Virus record (IMG/VR): IMGVR_UViG_3300048563_000113
Coordinates: 1-40,336 of that record
Direction: 5' to 3' (one strand)
Source of the DNA: a virus
Taxonomy: Duplodnaviria; Caudoviricetes
DNA: 40,336 bases
Within the stretch, counting starts at the first letter, position 1; every line of letters begins with the position of its first letter. Under the pieces are notes generated by a model. The model ran no database searches, was not told the origin of the DNA, and saw only the letters and a list, made by a program, of their open reading frames with translations. This document shows, piece by piece, positions 8,351-16,651 of this stretch. The position numbers and the translations under genes were made by a program.

Positions 8351-10701
8351 GCCGCCCTCGACAGTTCGCGCAACGAATCGACGAGCGAGCGCGCCGTCTC
8401 GCGCGAGGTGCGCACGCGGTGCATGCGGCCGCCGATGTCGATTCTGACCGTCATCTCGTCGCCGCCCGGCGTGGCGGCCGAGGGCGCGCCGGCGGAGGCG
8501 GCTGCCGGCATCACCAGGCCGCCGGCGGCGAAGCGCGGCAGGCGCATGGCGTTCAGCGCGGCAAGCTTCTCCATACCCCAGTAACGCACCGCCTCCTTAC
8601 GTACAACAAACTCGCCGGCCTCGGCCAGGAGGTGGATGCGATCGCCGCCGCCGTAGCCCGGTAGATGGCCGCCGCGATACATGCCGACCGGCCCGCCGAT
8701 CGCATGCTCCTCGACGCTGCGATGCACGGTGGTGATCTCGATCGTCTTGTTCTGCAGGGTGTCCAGCTCGGCGCGAATGCGGGCGATGTTGGCCGAAGCC
8801 TCCGCGATCTCGGCGTCGATCTTGATGCGGTGCTGCTTCAGTTCGAGCGCGTCGAGTTCGGCCTTGAGCTTGGCCAGCTCGGCCCGGAGGCTGGTGATTT
8901 TTTGCTCGGTGCCGGCGGCGGCTTTTTCGTTGGCCTGGCCGGCGGCGGTGGCGGCGGCGGCGGCGACCTGGCCGGCCTGCTCGACGATGCCGATGGCGGC
9001 GCCGGTGTCCTTCAGGCCGGCGCCGATGCTCTCGGCCGCCTGGGCGAACTTCTCGGCGCTTTCCGCGGCCTTCTCGGTGGCGCCGACATCGCCGCGCGCG
9101 GCGGCCGCCTGCGCCTCGGCCAGCGCCCGCTGGGCGGCGGCGATCTTCTCCTGCGCCTGGGCGGCGAGGTCGGCCTGCTGCTTCTCCTCGCTCATGTCGC
9201 GGCGGCGCAGCTCGCGCACCTTGTCGGCCGTCGACAAGCGGCTGTCGGCCGCGCGTGCGTAGGCGGTCTCGGCGGCCTTTTGATATTCCTTCAGGTCGGC
9301 GATCGCCTTGTCCAGGTCCTGCTTGCGGGCCTGCTGCAGGCGCTTTACATGCTCGATCTGCGCGTCGATGGATTCCTTGGCGGTCTGCTTTTCACGCTGC
9401 GCGGTGAGTTCGGCGAGTTTTTTCTTCCCGTCAGCGAGCTCCTTAAACTTGGCAAGTATTTGGTTTACGTGATCCGTCGCAGCGACCAAGGCACGGTCTA
9501 AATCCGCTTCCGGGTTGGCCAGCGCCGCAAGTTTCATGCGCTGTAGATTTTCGGCCAACTCCGGCAGGCCGGCCTGATTGGCCTGCTCGATCGCTTTCGC
9601 GAAGCCGCTGTACGTGTCGGACACGAGCGCAAGTCTTTTGCTGTGCGCGTCAAGCTGGTCGCTCCCGAGTAGCCTAAAGAAGCCACCGAAAAGGCTGTAT
9701 CCTGCCAGCGCGCCAGCGGCGATTAAAGCAAAGCCACCCGCAACGATTTTAAGCGCCGAGGCGGCCGCGAGGCCCGCGACACCAAGGGCAGTTAGACCGC
9801 CGGTCGCCAGCGTAGTAACGGCAGCGGTGACCGCGTCCATGTTCTTCGTCAGGCTGTCGAGGCCTGCGGCGATCTTGCCGGTGGCGTGGGTGTTCTTGTC
9901 CCACTCGCTGACCACGCCGGCGAAGGCGTTTTTCAGGCGTTGCGCCGCCTGCTCGACGGTGGGCGGAAGCTGCGCCGCCTCCTCGCGCAGCTTGGCCAGC
10001 GACTGCGGCAGCACGCGCGCCAGCACGTCCGAGGTGAGCTTGCCGTCTTCGGCCATCTTGCGGAGCGCTCCGACGGGCACATTCAGCCCGTCGGCCAGCG
10101 CCTTCATGAGGCGCGGCGCGGCTTCGTTGACCGCGTTGAACTCCTCGCCGCGCAGCACGCCGGAGCCGAAGGCCTGGGAGAGCTGCAGGATGGCCGACGA
10201 CGATTCGGCCGCCGTGGCGCCGGAAAGGCGCAGCGAGAGCGCGACGACTTCGGTGACCTCGGCGGTCTGCTGCTGGGTGCCGCCGAGGGCCTTCAGGCTG
10301 GTGGCGAGCCGGCCGTAGAGATTGGCCACCGGCTGCAGGCCCTGGCCGGTGGCGTCGGCGATGCGGCGCACGTCCTGCATGGCGACGCGGAAGCTCGATG
10401 CGCTGGTGGTGGCGAGCCGGAGCCGGCCCTCCATCATGTTCATGGCGTCGGCCTGCGCGATCAACTGCTTCGCGATGTCGACGCCCTTCCAGATCGTGAT
10501 ATAGCCGGCGGCGAGCGTGCCCAGCTTGCCGAGGTGGCCGCCGATGGACTCGGCGCCGTCGCGCATCGAGCGGCTGGTCTTGCCGATCTCGCCGCGCGCC
10601 GATTCCTGGGCGGCGGCGAAGTCGCGGCGGAACTGCTCGACGCCGGCCTTGGCCTTGCCGCCGAGCAGCTCGATGATTACGGAAACCTTGAGATCAGCCA
10701 T
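8347..10701 (-). CDS. Tail tape measure protein
   Basis: Tape-measure domain (QLSQAFGSGVLRGEEFNAVNEAAPRL), Ala-rich coiled coil, C-terminal GGxDRI...AGEFVVRK. Confidence 0.93.
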   Translation of the reverse strand: MADLKVSVIIELLGGKAKAGVEQFRRDFAAAQESARGEIGKTSRSMRDGAESIGGHLGKLGTLAAGYITIWKGVDIAKQLIAQADAMNMMEGRLRLATTSASSFRVAMQDVRRIADATGQGLQPVANLYGRLATSLKALGGTQQQTAEVTEVVALSLRLSGATAAESSSAILQLSQAFGSGVLRGEEFNAVNEAAPRLMKALADGLNVPVGALRKMAEDGKLTSDVLARVLPQSLAKLREEAAQLPPTVEQAAQRLKNAFAGVVSEWDKNTHATGKIAAGLDSLTKNMDAVTAAVTTLATGGLTALGVAGLAAASALKIVAGGFALIAAGALAGYSLFGGFFRLLGSDQLDAHSKRLALVSDTYSGFAKAIEQANQAGLPELAENLQRMKLAALANPEADLDRALVAATDHVNQILAKFKELADGKKKLAELTAQREKQTAKESIDAQIEHVKRLQQARKQDLDKAIADLKEYQKAAETAYARAADSRLSTADKVRELRRRDMSEEKQQADLAAQAQEKIAAAQRALAEAQAAAARGDVGATEKAAESAEKFAQAAESIGAGLKDTGAAIGIVEQAGQVAAAAATAAGQANEKAAAGTEQKITSLRAELAKLKAELDALELKQHRIKIDAEIAEASANIARIRAELDTLQNKTIEITTVHRSVEEHAIGGPVGMYRGGHLPGYGGGDRIHLLAEAGEFVVRKEAVRYWGMEKLAALNAMRLPRFAAGGLVMPAAASAGAPSAATPGGDEMTVRIDIGGRMHRVRTSRETARSLVDSLRELSRAA

Positions 10702-10710
10702 CGCCGTTGT

Positions 10711-10893
10711 TTACTTCCTTCCGGCCGCCAGGAAGACGCGCCAGGGGTAATCCCACACCCCGACATGACCGTGCTCGACGAGGATGAGCGCTGAACGTTC
10801 CAGCGCGCTCAGTCCTCGCTCGGCGGAGGGAGCCCCTTCTCCTGCAGGGCTCGCTCCCCCAGCTTCGACAGCCTCGCGCGCAGAGAAAAAAAA
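10711..10893 (-). other. Predicted -1 frameshift extension of the tail assembly chaperone
   Basis: T8 run (GAT TTT TTT TCT); the -1 frame stays open to TAA at 10711 and ends LERSALILVEHGHVGVWDYPWRVFLAAGRK. Confidence 0.6.
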
Positions 10894-11144
10894 TCCTTGT
10901 TCACCGCCCGCATCATGTCCAGCACGGCGGCCAGCTCAGAGGGCGCCGCCGCCGCGATCTCCTCGGCGGTGATGTCGCTCATGCGCGAGAGGTCGGCCAG
11001 CGTGGCGTCCTCGAAGAGCGCCACGCTCACCACGTCGTCGCCGTCGGCGCCCATGTCGGCCAGCCAGGCGCGGATCTCGCCGACGGTGAGTTCCTTCACC
11101 GTTACATCGCGGCCGCCGATGGGGACGGTTTTAACGATCCTCAT
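10809..11144 (-). CDS. Tail assembly chaperone
   Basis: Lies between the major tail and tape measure genes; VTVKELTVGEIRAWL...VNKDFF. Confidence 0.8.
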   Translation of the reverse strand: MRIVKTVPIGGRDVTVKELTVGEIRAWLADMGADGDDVVSVALFEDATLADLSRMSDITAEEIAAAAPSELAAVLDMMRAVNKDFFSLRARLSKLGERALQEKGLPPPSED

Positions 11145-11878
11145 CAGCTCGCCATCCGCGCCTTGAAGTACTGCGACAGGCCGGTTGTCGTGATCGTCTC
11201 GTCCTTCAGCACGTCGGCCTCGATCTCCAGCGTGGCGAAGTCGTCGCCGATCAGGCTCCAGCCCTTGGCGGCGCCGGGCTTGACGCGGAAGGCTTCCACC
11301 AGCATGGCCTTGCCGTTGGCCTCGTTGACGCCGTCGAAGACCAGGCGCAGCTCTTCGCCGACGGCGGTCAGCGCCTCGACCTTCATGGCGGCCAGCGCGG
11401 TGTAGTCGACCTTGATGGTCGAGGCGTCGGCGATGGTCGAGCCGGCGGGAATCTCCAGGCCGGCGCGGCGCACGATGTAGTCGGCGCCGACGGTATAGGT
11501 CGTAGTGCCGGCGTTGTCGGTCACGACGTAGGCGACGGAGATATCCGGCGTCTTATTGAACACCACCAGCCCGCCGACCTGGACGTTGGCGTGGGCCTCG
11601 TCCACCACCGCGCCGCCGGTCACCGCCGCCGAGGCGCCGCGCAGGGCCAGCGCCAGGTTCTCGGCGGAGAGCTTGTGCACCGAGAGGGAGAGCTTGACGC
11701 TCTTGATGCGCGTGACCGAGTCGGCAACACCGCCGCCGGGGTTCTCGTAGTCCATCTGTTCCTTCTTGTCTTCCTCGATGGCGAATTCGAGCTTGGAGGT
11801 ATTGCCGATGCGGATCAGGGGGTCGCCGGCCTTGGCAATGTAGATGCTGCCCTTGCCGATATATGCTTGCGTGGTCAT
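11144..11878 (-). CDS. Major tail (tube) protein
   Basis: YIGKGSIY...IGNTSKLEF...LIGDDFATLEIEADVLKD; position before chaperone and tape measure; AGGAG RBS. Confidence 0.85.
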   Translation of the reverse strand: MTTQAYIGKGSIYIAKAGDPLIRIGNTSKLEFAIEEDKKEQMDYENPGGGVADSVTRIKSVKLSLSVHKLSAENLALALRGASAAVTGGAVVDEAHANVQVGGLVVFNKTPDISVAYVVTDNAGTTTYTVGADYIVRRAGLEIPAGSTIADASTIKVDYTALAAMKVEALTAVGEELRLVFDGVNEANGKAMLVEAFRVKPGAAKGWSLIGDDFATLEIEADVLKDETITTTGLSQYFKARMAS

Positions 11879-11905
11879 GTCAGTGGCTCCTGTGTTGAGT
11901 TGGAG

Positions 11906-12268
11906 TTATCGCGGCGCCAAGCCTACGCGCGCGCGGGGGAAGGCTGCAGGGGGAAGCGAGTCGGGGGGCGGCCGTCGTTTATGCCCGGCGCCGTAAAAGC
12001 AATGGATCAACTCATGGCCGAGTATTTCGAGCGCGCCTTCGTCGTTCCAGTCGGCCGGCTCCGCCGCCCGGATGGTGCAGGCGTCGCGCCCGCCCACTTT
12101 GAAGCTTGCACATGCCGCCGCACCGTCGCAACCGGCCGGCGAACGAATCCACGTCACCTCAACGGTGCGTGCTGAAAACGTCTTGATGATCGGCTCGCCT
12201 GGCGTGTGAGCACAGCCGCCGAGGCTCACCAGGACCACGAAAGGGAACAATCTTGTCAAGATCGTCAT
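11906..12268 (-). CDS. Putative lipoprotein with an HExxH motif
   Basis: Signal peptide with LGGC lipobox; ILGHELIHCFYG; ATGA overlap with the upstream fibre gene. Confidence 0.7.
   Translation of the reverse strand: MTILTRLFPFVVLVSLGGCAHTPGEPIIKTFSARTVEVTWIRSPAGCDGAAACASFKVGGRDACTIRAAEPADWNDEGALEILGHELIHCFYGAGHKRRPPPDSLPPAAFPRARVGLAPR
11920..11970 (-). promoter_or_regulatory. Late promoter (tail operon) with Mor/C-type activator box
   Basis: CCCCCCGACTCGCTTCCCCCT, 22 nt, then TAGGCT; same architecture at 19162-19212 and 28407-28457. Confidence 0.7.
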
Positions 12269-13128
12269 GCCCCTGGCTCGATGTACATGCTGACAATATC
12301 CAAACTAGACGCAATCGCTGCGGCGTTGTTGGTGCGCCACGCATAGGGCGCAAGGAGGGTCGTATTCGCCGGCAGCTGTGTGCCGGGCGTAGCGGCCGTC
12401 AGCGTGCCGGTGGCGATATGCCCGGTGTTGAGGCGCTCGACGCGGTAATTGACTTCGTTGTTCACGCCGGGCGCGCAGGACAGCGTAAGTTCGTAGGCAT
12501 CGGCCGACAGCGTGCCCGCCGGGAAGTCGGCGCCGAGGTCGATGGCCGTCTGTGCGGCGCTGCCGCCATAGACGATGTGCAGGTTGTTTGACGAAGAGAG
12601 CTGCGCCACGCCGATGCAGTTGGTCAGCGTGCTCGGCTCGACGTTGGTAGGATCAACGCTCGACGCGAACACCCCGATGAACATGCGAGCGCCTGACACG
12701 GTTGCGGCGTCGGCCGGGACGAATCGGCATTGATAGAAAAACCCGCCGTAGGACGGCGAGCCGGACACGCCGAGCGTGTACTGCGCGGCGCCGTAGGAGC
12801 CAGCACACCGGCCGGCATTGCCAAAATCCGTAAACTGAATTCTGCGCATTCGCGTCGCCATGCTGGTTGCGGCCACGTTGCGCGCAATGGAGTCGCCAAT
12901 CGTGACATCAGCCATGACGACGCCGTGCACGCCGGGGGCCGTGGCGGAACCGCCGGCCGGGTTCCACCATCCCAATCCATTTCCGACTTGCAAACTGGCC
13001 CATTTGACCCCATCGCACCAATGCGGTTTGTTGCCTTCCGCCATCATCACCGTCGCCCCCGCAAGCACCGCAGAGGGCGTCGGCAGGGCGGTAACGAGCG
13101 GAACAGCGCGGGCGGAGAGGTCTTGCAC
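12265..13128 (-). CDS. Fibre/adhesin-like virion protein, paralog B
   Basis: 287 aa; paralog of 13132-14004 with long identical DNA blocks. Confidence 0.8.
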   Translation of the reverse strand: MQDLSARAVPLVTALPTPSAVLAGATVMMAEGNKPHWCDGVKWASLQVGNGLGWWNPAGGSATAPGVHGVVMADVTIGDSIARNVAATSMATRMRRIQFTDFGNAGRCAGSYGAAQYTLGVSGSPSYGGFFYQCRFVPADAATVSGARMFIGVFASSVDPTNVEPSTLTNCIGVAQLSSSNNLHIVYGGSAAQTAIDLGADFPAGTLSADAYELTLSCAPGVNNEVNYRVERLNTGHIATGTLTAATPGTQLPANTTLLAPYAWRTNNAAAIASSLDIVSMYIEPGA

Positions 13129-13645
13129 GATCTAGTACGGCGTTTCGATGTAAAGGTTGCCGATGTCGATCCCAACCGCCAGCGCCGTCGCGTTGTTGGT
13201 GCGCCATGCGCGATGCGCAAGGAAGGTCGTATTCGCCGGCAGCTGTGTGCCGGGCGTAGCGGCCGTCAGCGTGCCGGTGGCGATATGCCCGGTGTTGAGG
13301 CGCTCGACGCGGTAATTGACTTCGTTGTTCACGCCGGGCGCGCAGGACAGCGTAAGTTCGTAGGCATCGGCCGACAGCGTGCCCGCCGGGAAGTCGGCGC
13401 CGAGGTCGATGGCCGTCTGTGCGGCGCTGCCGCCATAGACGATGTGCAGGTTGTTTGACGAAGAGAGCTTCGCCACGCCGATGCAGTTGGTCAGCGTGCT
13501 CGGCTCGACGTTGGTGGGCGCGGCGACGGAAGAGGTTAGGCCGACAAGCATGCGCGCGCCTGACACGGTTGCGGCGTCGGACGGGACGAATCGGCATTGA
13601 TAGAAAAACCCGCCGTAGGACGGCGAGCCGGACACGCCGAGCGTG
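12358..13645. repeat. Direct repeat between the paralogous fibre genes (867-bp offset)
   Basis: 12358-12602 equals 13225-13469 (245 bp identical); 12604-12648 equals 13471-13515; about 12682-12778 is near-identical to 13549-13645. Confidence 0.9.
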
Positions 13646-14004
13646 AACTGTGCAGCGGGGCTGCGATGCCCGGAAAGCGATCCGGCAGTAGCGGCCGAGA
13701 CATAACTGAGCCGTCTCATCCGCGTCGCCATGCTGGTCGCAGCCACGTTGCGCGCCGTGGCCGTGCCGGTCGCCGTCATCGCGGCGAGACCGATGACAGC
13801 CGGGACAGTGGTAGCGTTGCCGGGCGGGTTCCACCATGCGATCTTGCAGCGACCAAGGCCAGTTTGCTGGATCCTCCACTTCACCCCGTCACACCAGTAT
13901 TTTCTGTTGTCGCCCGACAGCCGCACCGTCGCCCCCGCAAGCGCCGCAGATGGCGTCGGCAGAGCGGTAACGAGCGGAACAGCGCGGGCGGAGAGGTCTT
14001 GCAT
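13132..14004 (-). CDS. Fibre/adhesin-like virion protein, paralog A (290 aa)
   Basis: Starts MQDLSARAVPLVTALPTP like paralog B; start reassigned to 14004. Confidence 0.8.
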   Translation of the reverse strand: MQDLSARAVPLVTALPTPSAALAGATVRLSGDNRKYWCDGVKWRIQQTGLGRCKIAWWNPPGNATTVPAVIGLAAMTATGTATARNVAATSMATRMRRLSYVSAATAGSLSGHRSPAAQFTLGVSGSPSYGGFFYQCRFVPSDAATVSGARMLVGLTSSVAAPTNVEPSTLTNCIGVAKLSSSNNLHIVYGGSAAQTAIDLGADFPAGTLSADAYELTLSCAPGVNNEVNYRVERLNTGHIATGTLTAATPGTQLPANTTFLAHRAWRTNNATALAVGIDIGNLYIETPY

Positions 14005-14006
14005 GA

Positions 14007-14798
14007 TTACGCCATGATGACGACGCGCAGGCTGTTGCTGGCCGGGGCGGCAGCGAAGTTCAGGCGCGCGGTGTTGGTGTTCGGCAGGCTCACGTCGCAA
14101 TTCACCTGCTCGTAGCTGCCGCTGTTCTGGAACACTTGCACGATGATGTCGCGCGTGGCGAAGTTGTGCGTCACGTCGATCTGTGTCGCCGATCCGTCGC
14201 CGATGGTGCCCTGCGCGCGCTTCGTCCGACCGCTCCATGTCGCCAGCTTGAGCGGCGTCACAATGCGAGCGTCGTCCGTGCCGGTGTCCGTCTCGGACTG
14301 CGTGGCGAGTTCCGCGATGCCGGCGGAGGTTTCCGAAGCCGCGCCCGCGCCCGTGCCGAACTGCGTCCATGCCACCGCGCCTGAGTCGAGCGTGAAATTC
14401 ACGCTGGTCTGACGCCATGATGTTCCGGCGCTGGTGCCCTCCTCGATGGTGGTGACGGCCGCTTCGAGTTCGACAGCGGTAGAACAGTCGGGGGCGCGCG
14501 TCATCGGCGTTGCCGCGCCGTTCCAGACGTAGATACCGTTCTCGCTCGTGGTTGTCTGCGCCTTCACCAGCACGCGGTCGCCGGCCGACATCGTGATGCC
14601 ATCGAGCGCCGCGCCCGGAGACGCTAGTGTGGCGTTCGACTGCGTTGCGACCCTGCATGAATCCTTCCATGCCACCCCTTCGACCGCGCTGTTCAAGTCG
14701 GAAAGCCGCACTGGCTCGTCGGAATTGACTGGCGTAGGTAGGTTGCGGATGCGCGAGGCGCTGCCAAAGTCGAGATCGGAAAGCTGTTTGCGGCTCAT
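14007..14798 (-). CDS. Head/neck fibre or decoration protein
   Basis: WKDSCRVAT...DGITMSAGDRVLVKAQTTTSENGIYVW and GIAELATQSETDTGTDDARIVTPLKL fibre-type motifs. Confidence 0.8.
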   Translation of the reverse strand: MSRKQLSDLDFGSASRIRNLPTPVNSDEPVRLSDLNSAVEGVAWKDSCRVATQSNATLASPGAALDGITMSAGDRVLVKAQTTTSENGIYVWNGAATPMTRAPDCSTAVELEAAVTTIEEGTSAGTSWRQTSVNFTLDSGAVAWTQFGTGAGAASETSAGIAELATQSETDTGTDDARIVTPLKLATWSGRTKRAQGTIGDGSATQIDVTHNFATRDIIVQVFQNSGSYEQVNCDVSLPNTNTARLNFAAAPASNSLRVVIMA

Positions 14799-14811
14799 GG
14801 TGGTGCTCCTC

Positions 14812-15126
14812 TCAAGTCAGCCGGGCGAAGCCGGCGGTCGGCGTTGTGAAATAGATGCGCGCCTGATTCACGCTCATGTGCTGCACGGCGGCGTCCAGCT
14901 CGTTGCCGCCGGTGTCGATCACGGCCACGGCTGGGCGCACGCCGAGGTTGTGGTTGACGATCCACTCGGCCTCGGCCGAGGGCTGCGAGTGCACGTAGCC
15001 GGCGCCGGGGCTGCCTGGCGGGCCGGGCGGCCCCTGGAAGCCGATCTCGATCTCGACCGGCTCCGGCGGCTCGATCGTGACGGTTTCGACTTCGGTCTCG
15101 TGGATGACGAGGACTTCATCAGTCAT
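14812..15126 (-). CDS. Short collagen-repeat virion protein
   Basis: GFQGPPGPPGSPG followed by WIVNHNLG...P.V domain. Confidence 0.75.
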   Translation of the reverse strand: MTDEVLVIHETEVETVTIEPPEPVEIEIGFQGPPGPPGSPGAGYVHSQPSAEAEWIVNHNLGVRPAVAVIDTGGNELDAAVQHMSVNQARIYFTTPTAGFARLT

Positions 15127-15457
15127 GCGCCCTGTCCTTGAGGATGATCAGGACGTTTTTCTCGTAGGTTTTACGTCTACCGGATGCGTAAGTGACTTCG
15201 TAATCGAACTCGTAGCTGCCCGGCGCGACCGCGGTGGCTTCCTTCGGCATGAGCATGACGGCGGTGCCGGCGGGGCCGCCGAGCACCAGGCGGGTGTTGT
15301 CGGTGGAGGCCTCCATGATCAGGTTGTCGTTGGCGTCGCGCACCTGTAGGCGCGCCGAGGCGCCGGTGAGGTCGATCGGGGTACCGTTGGGAGCTTTATG
15401 CGTCCATTCGCGATCCCATGTATCCCCGCTGACAACCTTGATTTGCTTGACGGCCAT
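15119..15457 (-). CDS. Fibre-anchor/adaptor-like virion protein
   Basis: GDTW...PIDLTGASARLQVR...YEFDYEV pattern seen in fibre N-terminal domains. Confidence 0.7.
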   Translation of the reverse strand: MAVKQIKVVSGDTWDREWTHKAPNGTPIDLTGASARLQVRDANDNLIMEASTDNTRLVLGGPAGTAVMLMPKEATAVAPGSYEFDYEVTYASGRRKTYEKNVLIILKDRAHD

Positions 15458-15465
15458 CTGCTCTC

Positions 15466-15900
15466 CTAGTCCTCCTCGACGCCGCTGAAGGCGGCGCGGG
15501 TGGTGAAGGCCACCGGCAGCAGGTAGAGGCCGCGCTCACGGTCCCACAGCGGGCCGCCGGGATCGGCGGCCTTGAACGGCGTGCAGCCCGCCGCCGGGCG
15601 CCAGCCGACCAGGCCGGTGAGCAGCTTGGCGGCGATGGCCAGGGCGGATTCGCGCACGGCGCCGGCGGCGCCGCGCTGGCGGGCGGTGGAGACGGCGACG
15701 GCGACGATCCAGCGCGATTCGAGCAGGCCGTCCGAGCCGGCGGCATCCACCGGCTTGTAGCCGTCGTAGGCGACGGCCAGCGCCAGCCTGGCCGGCTTGT
15801 CCTTCGCCTCCAGGATGTCGCCCAGGGAGACGGCGGCGCCCGCTTCCGGCACCAGCTCTCCGGCGCGCTCGACCAGGGCGGCTTCGATGGCGTCAAACAT
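15466..15900 (-). CDS. Mu gp37-like tail terminator
   Basis: Size and position after the gp36-like gene; LLTGLVGWRP. Confidence 0.7.
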   Translation of the reverse strand: MFDAIEAALVERAGELVPEAGAAVSLGDILEAKDKPARLALAVAYDGYKPVDAAGSDGLLESRWIVAVAVSTARQRGAAGAVRESALAIAAKLLTGLVGWRPAAGCTPFKAADPGGPLWDRERGLYLLPVAFTTRAAFSGVEED

Positions 15901-15901
15901 G

Positions 15902-15940
15902 CCCTCTCCCCCAGCCCCTCTCCCGCACGCGGGAGAGGGG
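15902..15940. repeat. REP-like palindrome
   Basis: CCCCTCTCCCGC-AC-GCGGGAGAGGGG, a perfect 12-bp inverted repeat (15915-15940) preceded by CCCTCTCCCCCAG. Confidence 0.7.
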
Positions 15941-15972
15941 GGCGCACCAGCCAGGGCACAGGGTATTCGGCA

Positions 15973-16389
15973 TCAGTAGCTTTCGAAGTCGGCGTTCTTG
16001 TCGCGGCTGCGCACGGCGACGCCGCCGAGGCCCGTGGCCGGGCTGCCGGCGGGCGGCAGGGGCAAGGCCATGAGGCCGTCGCCGATGGCCTTCAGCTGCT
16101 TCATGGCGGCGTCGTAGCGGGCCTGGACGACATCCGGCATGGCAGCGGTGTAGAGGGCGTGGCGGGCGAGGTCGCAGGCGATGCCGTTCAGCAGCGGCGG
16201 CACGGCGGGCAACGGCAGGGCGTAGCGGCCGGCCAGGTAGCCCTCGATGACGGCGCCGGCGCGGTCGAGCGCACCTTGGGCGACGGCCTGGTCGATGACG
16301 CCGATGGGGGGCTCGAAACGATCGGTGAGCTCGATCACCTCGCGCTCACCGAATTCCGCCACCAGGTCGGCGACCGTGGCGTAGGCCAT
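15973..16389 (-). CDS. Mu gp36-like head-tail adaptor (DUF1320)
   Basis: MAYATVADL...IEGYLAGRYALPL...ACDLARHALY...RYDAAMKQL. Confidence 0.9.
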   Translation of the reverse strand: MAYATVADLVAEFGEREVIELTDRFEPPIGVIDQAVAQGALDRAGAVIEGYLAGRYALPLPAVPPLLNGIACDLARHALYTAAMPDVVQARYDAAMKQLKAIGDGLMALPLPPAGSPATGLGGVAVRSRDKNADFESY

Positions 16390-16392
16390 CGC

Positions 16393-16572
16393 TTACTTCT
16401 CGCGCTTGCCGGCGGCTGGCTCGGCAGCCTTGGCCTTCTCGCCGGCGGGAACCTCGATGTCGCCGGCAGCCAACAGCGGCGCAGCCTGTTTGGCGGCCAT
16501 CTCGACGGACTCGCCCGGCATGACGCGCCGGCCGCCGTGCTTGATGGGGGATTTCACGGTGTAGGTGGGCAT
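16393..16572 (-). CDS. Small head-associated protein (59 aa, not in the ORF track)
   Basis: GGAGG RBS; MPTYTVKSPIKHGGRRVMPGESVEM...LLAAGDIE; typical of genes following the capsid gene. Confidence 0.75.
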   Translation of the reverse strand: MPTYTVKSPIKHGGRRVMPGESVEMAAKQAAPLLAAGDIEVPAGEKAKAAEPAAGKREK

Positions 16573-16595
16573 GGTTCCTCCAGGTAGTTTTCGCC

Positions 16596-16645
16596 CCGCT
16601 CGCCCGCCCCACTCACCGCACGCGGGGAGAGGGGCGGGCGAGCGG
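16596..16645. repeat. Long REP-related hairpin downstream of the capsid gene
   Basis: 24-bp stem with 2 mismatches around the same CCGC-AC-GCGG core as 15915-15940. Confidence 0.65.
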
Positions 16646-16651
16646 CTGTGC

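Noticed and set aside
12265-14004. Diversity-generating retroelement (TR/VR pair)
   Set aside because: No reverse transcriptase in the window; both copies are full ORFs and the differences are not adenine-specific.
1318-15457. Mu G-type invertible tail-fibre segment
   Set aside because: No serine invertase, no oppositely oriented fibre genes and no flanking inverted repeats seen.
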